From: Minisyncoccota bacterium | GTDB lineage: Bacteria; Patescibacteriota; Minisyncoccia; SW-4-49-11 | Reading direction: 5' to 3' | Assembly (NCBI GenBank): GCA_023264145.1 | Contig: JALQTA010000001.1 | Coordinates: 15,465 to 79,464, forward strand | DNA length: 64,000 nt | In this document: positions 39,150 through 47,569 of the stretch, piece by piece | Numbering within the stretch: position 1 is the stretch's first letter | How the letters are laid out: every line of letters begins with the position of its first letter | Position numbers and translations under genes: made by a program | Notes under the pieces: model-generated | Seen by the model: only the letters and a program-made list of their open reading frames with translations | Databases searched by the model: none | What the model was told of the DNA's origin: nothing

Positions 39150-40280
39150 ATGAAACTTCTCAAACAACTTCTCCTGCCCATTGCAGCATGTGCTGCGGTG
39201 TTTGGAGGAATGCCTGTGGAAGCGCAGGTTGAATCGCTCTCCCCTCGAGAGCAACTCCAGCAGCTGCGTGCAATGCGCAAGGCTGCTGAAGCTCGCAATG
39301 CGAATGCGGGTGAGGTGCAACAGGTGTCCCAACCTGTGAATCCTCCCGTCCAGCAAGCTCCACCGGGTCCACCGCCCGTAATGGCGGCAATTCCGGCCCC
39401 CGCTCCCGTGCTGGCCACCCCTCCTCAAAAGGAGCAGGGGCCTTCCACTTCTGGTATCGTGGTCCCTCCTCGGGACTCGATTCCCCAGCAGGGAGAGGGG
39501 CAGTGGAAGCCCCTCCGAGTTCACACCGAATTCCGTTCCCTTCCGCGGAATACGGCTTTCGATGTGAAGGCTGAGCTGGGCACCCAGAATGGGTGGATGT
39601 TTGGGGCTCAGTTCGTGACTCAGTCTGGATCTTTCACAGGTGAGAACCTGAAGGAGATCTGGAAGGGGTCCTATACGGATACCCGGGCAGAGTTCTGGGG
39701 AGGCCGTCATTGGTCCTCCCAGGATTCTAAAACCCGGTGGTCGGTGAACGCCTTTGTGCGGCAGCTGACACATACCGATTCTGGTGAAGGCAGGAGTCGT
39801 CCGGGCAATCCGGATTCCTACACCTACACCTGGAGGAATCCGGTGAAGCCCCTCACCCAAGTGGGTGTGAGAGCCAGGGTCGAGCATGACCTCATCCGGA
39901 CGGAGAGTCAACAGCTCACCGTTCACCTCAAGGGTGAGGTGGCTGCCACTGTCTCAGGACAGTCTGGCTTGGCCTACGATGTCCAGACAGGCGTCTGGTA
40001 TCGGACGGCACGGATCGAAGCCTATGCTGAAGCCGGTGTGAATAATACCGGCGGGTACGCTAATGGTTACGGCCGTTATTACCTGACTAAGGGTGGTCAG
40101 CTCAAGCCCTTCGTGGAGGTGCGGGGTGAGGTTGGTACTGGCTACCACAACGCCCAAGTGGGCGCTGGTGTCCAGGTGGGGATCGGCAAGAACGCTTACG
40201 CCGAAGGTGTGCTTGGCTACAACGCTGGCACCTCTGGCAATGGCATGGCTGTCATCACCCGGTTCGGTTTCCGATTCTGA
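39150..40280 (+). CDS. cassette 4: GC-rich secreted protein with Pro-rich linker and probable outer-membrane beta-barrel
   Basis: Signal peptide ending VEA-Q; many amphipathic Gly/aromatic beta-strands; C-terminal VITRFGFRF. Confidence 0.75.
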   Translation: MKLLKQLLLPIAACAAVFGGMPVEAQVESLSPREQLQQLRAMRKAAEARNANAGEVQQVSQPVNPPVQQAPPGPPPVMAAIPAPAPVLATPPQKEQGPSTSGIVVPPRDSIPQQGEGQWKPLRVHTEFRSLPRNTAFDVKAELGTQNGWMFGAQFVTQSGSFTGENLKEIWKGSYTDTRAEFWGGRHWSSQDSKTRWSVNAFVRQLTHTDSGEGRSRPGNPDSYTYTWRNPVKPLTQVGVRARVEHDLIRTESQQLTVHLKGEVAATVSGQSGLAYDVQTGVWYRTARIEAYAEAGVNNTGGYANGYGRYYLTKGGQLKPFVEVRGEVGTGYHNAQVGAGVQVGIGKNAYAEGVLGYNAGTSGNGMAVITRFGFRF

Positions 40281-40364
40281 CGCAAAATAGAAACGATAGT
40301 AGCTATCTAATCGGAGTAATCTGAGAAGAGAAGTTGCCTTGACCGTTTCTGGTTTTGAATATAT

Positions 40365-40392
40365 CCCTCGTTGTTCGCAGCGAGGGTTTTTT
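40365..40392 (+). terminator. intrinsic terminator of cassette 4
   Basis: CCCTCGTTG-TTCG-CAGCGAGGG then T6. Confidence 0.9.
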
Positions 40393-40467
40393 ATTTGTTG
40401 AAAAGGTTAGACAGAGAGGGGATAATATGATATTGTTAATATAGATTATCTTATTGTTAATAAGTCT

Positions 40468-41649
40468 ATGAAAATTGCTTTTATAGGGCAAAAAGGGATT
40501 CCTGCTCTTGGTGGTGGTGGAGTTGAAAATTATGTTGACCATATTGCAGTAAGACTTGCACAGCGAGGACATGAAGTTATTGTTTACACTCGTAAAGCAT
40601 ATGCTCCGGAGGGTATGTATAAACATGTCAAGGTTATCGCGACATCTGGTATTCCTACCAAGAGTTTAGATGCGATTACGCATACCTTTACGGCATTATG
40701 GAAGAGTTTTTTTATCTCTGATTTAGACGTTTTGCATGTCAATTCAGTAGGGCCTGCTTTATTGATTCCTTTTGCACGGTTTGGATTTTTGTTAAAATAT
40801 TTAGTTACGGGTTCATATACAAAGGTCGTATTTACCTTTCATAGTGCTGATTGGTATCATGGGAAATGGAATTTATTTGCAAAATCTATGCTCAAATTAG
40901 GAGCCTGGACTGGTTGTGTCTTTGCGGATGAAGTGATTACGGTATCAAAGAGTTTACGGTATCTTGCCTATAAACAATTTGATGTACGAGCTACCTATAT
41001 CCCTAATGGTACGGTATTTAATCATATTACCTCGGATTCAGAGTTAGCTCAATTTGGACTCAAAAAACGAGGGTATATTGTTTTTATTGCCCGCCTCATT
41101 CATCATAAAAATGCTCATATTTTGATACAGGCCTATCAAAAAATGGCAAAAAAATATGGAAAAAAGCTTGTGATTGTAGGAGGAAATTCCCATACTCCTG
41201 AATATGAGAAATATCTGCATGAATTAGCTCAAGGGGATAAGAATATTATTTTCACAGGGCATCAATCAGGGAGAACGTTAAAGCAATTATTTGCCAATGC
41301 GGCTATTTATGTATTACCCTCATCGTCTGAAGGCTTATCTATTTCTCTCTTGGAAGCTGCAAGTTATGGAGTACCTGTGGTTGTCTCTAATATACGAGAA
41401 AACCGTGAAATTGTAGGAGATCTTGGACATATTGCGGAAGTTGATAGTGTGGTCTCATTAGCTCATACGATTGAAGGAGTTTTGATGGATTATCGGGGAG
41501 CCTTAGAATTAGCAGATATGTTGCAGGCAGAAATTAAATATCATTATGCCTGGAATAATATTGTAAGAGCTTTAGAAAATGTATATAAAAGAGATTCAAA
41601 TCAATATAAAGGAGCTAGTATACAAGTTACTCCAGCTTTGAAATATTAA
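40468..41649 (+). CDS. glycosyltransferase family 4
   Basis: IGQKGIP..GGGVE, ARLIHHKN, PSSSEGLSISLLEA. Confidence 0.92.
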   Translation: MKIAFIGQKGIPALGGGGVENYVDHIAVRLAQRGHEVIVYTRKAYAPEGMYKHVKVIATSGIPTKSLDAITHTFTALWKSFFISDLDVLHVNSVGPALLIPFARFGFLLKYLVTGSYTKVVFTFHSADWYHGKWNLFAKSMLKLGAWTGCVFADEVITVSKSLRYLAYKQFDVRATYIPNGTVFNHITSDSELAQFGLKKRGYIVFIARLIHHKNAHILIQAYQKMAKKYGKKLVIVGGNSHTPEYEKYLHELAQGDKNIIFTGHQSGRTLKQLFANAAIYVLPSSSEGLSISLLEAASYGVPVVVSNIRENREIVGDLGHIAEVDSVVSLAHTIEGVLMDYRGALELADMLQAEIKYHYAWNNIVRALENVYKRDSNQYKGASIQVTPALKY

Positions 41650-41653
41650 TAGT

Positions 41654-42940
41654 ATGGCTCGATTACTTGCTAAAATGATTCCGCTATTCAAATGGACTAT
41701 TATTACTTTGATAGGGTTAGTTTTGGTGATAGTCATATGGGGATGGGGAGCGTATGGAAAAGAAATTCAATTAGTACAAGCATTATCTCAGGATACTGAG
41801 ACCACCTATTTAGTTTTATTTCAAAACACTTTAGAATTACGTCCTACTGGTGGATTTGTAGGGAATTTTGCAGAGTTAACCATAGAAAAGGGGAGAATAA
41901 AAAATTATACGATTTATAATACAAATGCCTTTGATTTTGGAAAGCCAGGTATTGATTCCCCTCAGCCATTTAAGGATATGCTTGGGGTACAACAAATTCA
42001 GATGAGAGATGGGAATTGGTCTCCTCATTTCCCAGCTACGGCTGAGCAGATGATTTCTCTTTACGAATTACAAGGGGGAGAAAAAGATATTACGGGGGTA
42101 ATAGCAGTTAATGCTTTGCTGTTACCAGAAGTATTGAGAATTATGGGGCCAGTGACGGTGGATGGGATAGATGAAGAGTTGACAGCAGATAATGTCTTAT
42201 TAACGATTCAATATGAGTTGAATTTTGGATTTATGGAGAGGGGAGTAGATAGGCGTGATCGAAAAGAACCAATTCGGGATCTTGCAGCTCAATTAGAAAG
42301 TAAAATATCTACAACCTCACCTATGAATTTGTATCGGTTAGCAACAATGTTAGTAGATCAAGCGGATAAAAAACAGATTTTAATGTGGAGTAAGGATGAT
42401 AGGGTACAAAAAAGAATTGATAATTTAGGATGGAATGGAGTAATCGATACTGACACGGTAGGAGATTATTTTATGTTAGTGGATGCTAATCTAGGCGCTC
42501 TTAAAACAGATTATTATATGGAGAGAGATATTATGAAAACGGTTGATGAGTGTGGAGATAAGTTATGCTCTAAAATACGTATTATCTATCGTAATACCGC
42601 CAAAACAGCATCAGAATTAAATAATGACTATAAATCATATAGTCGAGTCATATTACCAAAAGATGCCTTTATTACGAATATTACCGGGATAGAATCTCGT
42701 CCAATACCTATAGATTATAGTACTGCCTATAATAAAAAATTTGCAGGATTTGAGATTAATGTTCCCTTTAATGGCCAGAGAGAGGTTATTGTGGAATATA
42801 CGATGCCTCAACTGAAGGAATATACCTTGGACATTCAAAAACAGTCAGGAATTGTAGGATATAATTTTGAATTAGAGTATCGACCAGGGAATAAAAAGGA
42901 GAAGGTATTTATTGATTCCGATTGGAGTTGGAAAGAATAA
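41654..42940 (+). CDS. DUF4012 domain membrane-anchored protein
   Basis: YLVLFQNTLELRPTGGF.G, RDGNWSPHFP, DANLGALKTD. Confidence 0.88.
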   Translation: MARLLAKMIPLFKWTIITLIGLVLVIVIWGWGAYGKEIQLVQALSQDTETTYLVLFQNTLELRPTGGFVGNFAELTIEKGRIKNYTIYNTNAFDFGKPGIDSPQPFKDMLGVQQIQMRDGNWSPHFPATAEQMISLYELQGGEKDITGVIAVNALLLPEVLRIMGPVTVDGIDEELTADNVLLTIQYELNFGFMERGVDRRDRKEPIRDLAAQLESKISTTSPMNLYRLATMLVDQADKKQILMWSKDDRVQKRIDNLGWNGVIDTDTVGDYFMLVDANLGALKTDYYMERDIMKTVDECGDKLCSKIRIIYRNTAKTASELNNDYKSYSRVILPKDAFITNITGIESRPIPIDYSTAYNKKFAGFEINVPFNGQREVIVEYTMPQLKEYTLDIQKQSGIVGYNFELEYRPGNKKEKVFIDSDWSWKE

Positions 42941-42942
42941 TA

Positions 42943-45069
42943 TTATTCAAAATGAATGTTTTCTTCAAAATAGGATAATCGAGATTTCAGTTCAGGATAT
43001 TGATTAAGGGTATAATCTTGAGATAACACTTCTTGAGATAATGATTTTGTCTGTACAATAATATCGTGATTCAACAGAGCTTCCATGCTAATATCAGAGA
43101 GTCCGGATTGATTGGAGCCAATAAATTGACCAGGTCCTCGTATTGCTAAATCTTTTTCTGCTAGTTCAAATCCACTAGTGGCTTCTTCGATAGCCTTTAG
43201 CCTTTGATTCATAGAGACTTCTTGATCACTTGTTTCGAATAAAAAGCAAAATGATTGATGTTCTCCTCGTCCTACTCTTCCTCTGAATTGATGTAATTGA
43301 GCGAGTCCAAATCTTTCAGCTCCTTCTACCACTATAATACTTGCATTCGGAATATCAATACCAACTTCAATGACTGAAGTTGCAACCAGAATATCAAATT
43401 TTCTCTGTTTAAAGTCCTGGATAATGCGGTCTTTTTCGGCAGTTTTCATTTTTCCATGCATCATTTGTATACGTAAATCAGGAAAGATATTGGTGGATAA
43501 ATCGTGAAAACTTTCTTCCACGGATCGTATATCTGATTCTTGATCAGCCTCAATTTTGGGACATACTACAAAGGCTTGTCTTCCTGATTGAATATGCTTA
43601 CGAATAAATGTATAGGCTTCAGTTCTTTTAGATGGAGGCACTAACTTTGTTTTAATGGCTTTTCTTCCTGCAGGATATTCATTTAATAAAGAAACATCCA
43701 AATCTCCATATATACTTAATGCTAAGGTTCTCGGGATGGGGGTGGCTGTCATACTTAAAAGATGAGACATAGTTTCTTTATTACTATGGGAATGTTTATT
43801 CATCATGGTTTGTAATTCAGAGCGTTGTTTTACTCCAAATCGATGTTGTTCATCAACAATAGTTAAAGCAAGATTATGATACTCAAGGCTATCTCGGATT
43901 ACGCTATGAGTTCCGATAATAATATGTACTTGGCCTCTCGATATTTTTTTTAATAACTCTTTTTTAGGAATAGTGATCCAATAATCAAGATGAGGATCAG
44001 TAGAGATGCGAGACTCTTTGGCAGTAATAAGTGCAATTACAGGGAGATTGGGGATATGAGCGGTGAGTTTGGTAATACTCTCAAAGTGCTGGGTGGCTAA
44101 TATTTCAGTAGGAGCCATTAATACAGATTGATAGCCATTATAATGGGTATTAATCATAGCAATAGTAGCTACAATGGTCTTTCCGGTTCCTACATCTCCC
44201 TCTAAGAGTCTATTCATCGGAGAAGGTTTGGAGGTATCATGTAGAATATCTTGAATTGCAGTATGTTGGGCTTGAGTAAGATGAAAAGGAAGATCTTCGA
44301 TAATAGTTTTAATAGTATCATGATGTATCGTAAGATTAGGAGCGTATTTGGATTGAAACATCATTTTTTGTTTTGCAATGTATAATTGCATAATAAAGGC
44401 TTCTTCAAAAATTAATCGGTTCTTTGCCAGGTGTATTTGTTCAACGGTTTGAGGATAATGTAAATAGCGTATGGTTTCATTAATACTGAGAATATTTGCT
44501 TTCCTGAGTATCCATTCGGGTAAAGTTTCAGGTAAGATACCAAATTGTTTGAGCGCTAGATCAATACGATAACGGATCATTTTAGAACTAATACCAGCAG
44601 TTTCAGGATATATGGGGACTAATCTATGGGAATGTAATAATATTTTATGAGGTAATATTCTTTCAAAACTCATCTGGGTGAGGGGTGTTTTGGCCGTATG
44701 TTTAATAATAGCTGATAGAGCATAGGTTGAATTAACCTGAAGAGATTCAAAAAGAAGTTTTTGATTAAATAGGGTAATAGTCAGAGTGTCACTAGTATCT
44801 TGAATGGTAATTTCGGCGATGGTTAATTTGCGTCCTCGTAGACGAGTTTGTTTTTTATGAATAATCGTGACTTCAAATACAACTGCTTGCCCATCAGGAA
44901 TGGTATTAATTTGACTGAGAGTTTGAAGATGAGTATAATTAACAAATTTTTTAGGAGGATACAGAAGTAATTGGGCTAAGGTGAATATACCTAATTTATG
45001 CAAACTATGCACAAGACGGGGGGTAGGTTTTGGTTTTAGATTTGTAATTGAGGTATAGAGAACATTCAT
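42943..45069 (-). CDS. recG: ATP-dependent DNA helicase RecG
   Basis: MNRLLEGDVGTGKT, DEQHRFGV, TATPIPRTL, LHQFRGRVGRG. Confidence 0.97.
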   Translation of the reverse strand: MNVLYTSITNLKPKPTPRLVHSLHKLGIFTLAQLLLYPPKKFVNYTHLQTLSQINTIPDGQAVVFEVTIIHKKQTRLRGRKLTIAEITIQDTSDTLTITLFNQKLLFESLQVNSTYALSAIIKHTAKTPLTQMSFERILPHKILLHSHRLVPIYPETAGISSKMIRYRIDLALKQFGILPETLPEWILRKANILSINETIRYLHYPQTVEQIHLAKNRLIFEEAFIMQLYIAKQKMMFQSKYAPNLTIHHDTIKTIIEDLPFHLTQAQHTAIQDILHDTSKPSPMNRLLEGDVGTGKTIVATIAMINTHYNGYQSVLMAPTEILATQHFESITKLTAHIPNLPVIALITAKESRISTDPHLDYWITIPKKELLKKISRGQVHIIIGTHSVIRDSLEYHNLALTIVDEQHRFGVKQRSELQTMMNKHSHSNKETMSHLLSMTATPIPRTLALSIYGDLDVSLLNEYPAGRKAIKTKLVPPSKRTEAYTFIRKHIQSGRQAFVVCPKIEADQESDIRSVEESFHDLSTNIFPDLRIQMMHGKMKTAEKDRIIQDFKQRKFDILVATSVIEVGIDIPNASIIVVEGAERFGLAQLHQFRGRVGRGEHQSFCFLFETSDQEVSMNQRLKAIEEATSGFELAEKDLAIRGPGQFIGSNQSGLSDISMEALLNHDIIVQTKSLSQEVLSQDYTLNQYPELKSRLSYFEENIHFE

Positions 45070-45080
45070 AATAACACTAT

Positions 45081-45157
45081 TGGTGTACCTAAGAGGATTT
45101 GAACCTCTGGCCTCAGGTTCCGCAAACCTGCGCTCTATCCAGCTGAGCTATAGGTAC
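45081..45157 (-). tRNA. tRNA-Arg(GCG), CCA encoded
   Basis: GTACCTA acceptor stem, anticodon arm CAGGT-TTGCGGA-ACCTG, GGTTCAAATCC, 3' ACCA. Confidence 0.95.
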
Positions 45158-45158
45158 A

Positions 45159-45635
45159 TTAAATCTTCAAAAAATGATCTAGGGTGTCAAAAAAAGATTC
45201 TTTCCCGTCTTCACGAGGAATATATTGAGATAATATTTCAGCAAGTTCTTCAGGATCTTCTTTACCTACTGGTATACGAGTATGAGTAAGAATACCAACT
45301 GTCATGTAAAGAGAGATAAATTGTACTTCACCTCGTTTAAAGACACCAAATGATTCGATATCTTGATATTGAAATGTCTTTTTTTGATCGAGCGTTATCC
45401 CCGTTGTGGTAATATCAATGGTAATAATCTGAGGTTCTTTATTGGAAATAATGAGGGTCAAAATAAATGTCAGTAATATCACAATGAACATCATGGGGGA
45501 TTGCTCTATAACAGCATAAGCAAGAAGGATAATTGCAATGATTCCTGCTAAGATGTACCAGGTAGGTGTTTTTTCATATCTATCAAATTCAGGTGATTGA
45601 TAGCTATATACTAAATGTGCTTTTTGTGTAGCCAT
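45159..45635 (-). CDS. two-TM hypothetical protein with probable PH-like C-terminal domain
   Basis: PEF...EK..TWY, two TM helices, then a soluble beta domain. Confidence 0.7.
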   Translation of the reverse strand: MATQKAHLVYSYQSPEFDRYEKTPTWYILAGIIAIILLAYAVIEQSPMMFIVILLTFILTLIISNKEPQIITIDITTTGITLDQKKTFQYQDIESFGVFKRGEVQFISLYMTVGILTHTRIPVGKEDPEELAEILSQYIPREDGKESFFDTLDHFLKI

Positions 45636-45689
45636 ATATTTTTGTATTATCTTGTGATTATATCATAAAATCGAGAAATACAAAATCGG

Positions 45690-46382
45690 CTATTTTTTTT
45701 GATTTTGCTTCCATTCATGAATGCGTTGATGATTCCCAGAAAGTAATATATCGGGTACAGTCCAGGTATTCGGGGCATCTTCTATAATAAGATGGGGATT
45801 GTCGGGAGTAAATTCTGCGGGTCGTGAGTATTGAGGATACTCTTTTGTATTAGTATATGTCCATGATTCTTCAGATAAGGATTCTTCATTTCCTAATACA
45901 TCAGGAATATGGCGAGATATAGCATCTAGCATGGTCAATGCCGGTAATTCACCCCCGGTTAATATAAATTGCCCAATAGAGAGTGATTCATGGATTAAAT
46001 ATTCTTCTACACGAGCATCAATTCCTTCATATCTGCCGCAAATAAAAATAATATGATTATATTCTTTGCCTAAAGAAATTGCTTTCTCTTGATTAAATAT
46101 AGGAGCTCCTGCTTTTGTAAGAATAATGTGTTTATTGGTATCTGGATATTCTTTGAGAATATGCTCTAAGGTATAATAAATAGGTTCTATTTGTAATATC
46201 ATACCAGCGCCACCACCAAATGGTGCGTCATCTACTTTATTATGACTATCGTGACTATAATCTCGTATATTGTGAATACCAATTTGAATACTTTTCTTAA
46301 TCGTATGAGCTCTCCCAATTACCCCACTATTAACATAAGGTTCTATCACTGAGGGAAAGAGGGTTAGAATGTCAAATCGCAT
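45690..46382 (-). CDS. trmD: tRNA (guanine37-N1)-methyltransferase
   Basis: VDDAPFGGGAGM, CGRYEGID, SIGQFILTGGE, LLSGNH. Confidence 0.97.
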   Translation of the reverse strand: MRFDILTLFPSVIEPYVNSGVIGRAHTIKKSIQIGIHNIRDYSHDSHNKVDDAPFGGGAGMILQIEPIYYTLEHILKEYPDTNKHIILTKAGAPIFNQEKAISLGKEYNHIIFICGRYEGIDARVEEYLIHESLSIGQFILTGGELPALTMLDAISRHIPDVLGNEESLSEESWTYTNTKEYPQYSRPAEFTPDNPHLIIEDAPNTWTVPDILLSGNHQRIHEWKQNQKK

Positions 46383-46394
46383 ATATCTATATGA

Positions 46395-46718
46395 TTATAG
46401 GTCTAAATCAGCAACTGCTTTATCAATATCTTCAGTGTGATTTGATCGTGTTTCATTGCGTACACCTTGTTCTGGTTCTAAAATTTTTAAATTAACTCTG
46501 GCATTATTTCGAGCTCCTACAATACGAAGTAGAGATCGAATTGCTTTTGCTGTAGATCCAGATTTTCCAATAACATATCCCATATCACTTGGATTAACTT
46601 GAAGGGTAATCAATACACCCATCTCATCCACCGTTCTTTCTATAAGAACATCATTCGGATTATCTACAATTGATTTAACAATATAGGTAACAAATTCTTT
46701 ATCTCCTGCCTTTTCCAT
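46395..46718 (-). CDS. khpA: KH-domain RNA-binding protein KhpA
   Basis: IVDNP, DMGYVIGKSGSTAKAIRSLL. Confidence 0.92.
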   Translation of the reverse strand: MEKAGDKEFVTYIVKSIVDNPNDVLIERTVDEMGVLITLQVNPSDMGYVIGKSGSTAKAIRSLLRIVGARNNARVNLKILEPEQGVRNETRSNHTEDIDKAVADLDL

Positions 46719-46801
46719 TTCTGTGTTTTTATCTGTTAATCAAAGTTATATAAACTTTATATCCATAGTATATCATATTTAATGTTAGATACAAGCATAT
46801 C

Positions 46802-47509
46802 TTAATGAGCTAAAATAACCGCATGTATATTACGAAAACCTTTTTTATAGAGAGCTGAGGCGGCTTCATTTATTGTGGATAACGTAGTCGTTACATCATC
46901 AATCAGAATAATAATATCATTTTGGGTTGGTTTAGAGTGAGCAATGAAGGCTTCTTTGACATTGGCTATTCTTTCTGATTTATCATGAATTTTCATCTGT
47001 TGGGGAGTGTTTTTTATACGTTCTAAATCAGTATATACAGGTAATCTTAATTGGCTAGCAATATATTGAGCTAATAAATCGGACTGATTATATGTTCTAA
47101 AGAGAAGTCTTTTAGGGTGTAGGGGGATAGGACAAAGAATAATATGAGATTGTAGACGTATTGCCTGAGTTATGGCTCTGAGCATGAGTCCACCTAAAGG
47201 ATTAGATAGTTGAGGAAGATTCTTATATTTAAGATAATGAATACTTTTGCGAATAATGGGATCATTGAATAATGTGCATGATAATACGGTAATGAGATGA
47301 GAGTTTTCTAAAGGATATTGTATTTCAGTAAAGGCTGTTGGCCTAAATAAAGGAGGCTGAGTAATATGACTATTTATCCATAATTTGGGTTTATGAGGGA
47401 TTTTGAGTATGCATGTGTCGCATAAATTATCATCACTCAATGTATGGCAGATAATACATTGATTAGGGATGCAGATATTTTTGAGAAGTTGAAGGAGTGA
47501 GTATTGCAT
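46802..47509 (-). CDS. comF: ComF family competence protein (phosphoribosyltransferase fold)
   Basis: CIIC...LCDTC, PIPLH, YNQS, LIDDVTTT. Confidence 0.92.
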   Translation of the reverse strand: MQYSLLQLLKNICIPNQCIICHTLSDDNLCDTCILKIPHKPKLWINSHITQPPLFRPTAFTEIQYPLENSHLITVLSCTLFNDPIIRKSIHYLKYKNLPQLSNPLGGLMLRAITQAIRLQSHIILCPIPLHPKRLLFRTYNQSDLLAQYIASQLRLPVYTDLERIKNTPQQMKIHDKSERIANVKEAFIAHSKPTQNDIIILIDDVTTTLSTINEAASALYKKGFRNIHAVILAH

Positions 47510-47569
47510 ACTTGTGAATGGTATGATACTATCATACTATAGAAATACGTAAAAAATAAAAATACCTTG

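Noticed and set aside
37029-40290. Many overlapping alternative ORFs in the GC-rich array (e.g. 37222-37809 -, 38540-38926 -, 39108-39926 -)
   Set aside because: Expected shadow ORFs of stop-poor GC-rich DNA. Only the four + strand ORFs have a promoter, SD, signal peptide and terminator.
37993-40392. Integron cassette array (attC sites)
   Set aside because: No convincing RYYYAAC...GTTRRRY pairs and no integrase in the window. The hairpins are terminator-type with T-runs, and each gene has its own promoter.
45080-45289. 69-aa ORF on the + strand
   Set aside because: It is the antisense reading of tRNA-Arg and the adjacent gene.
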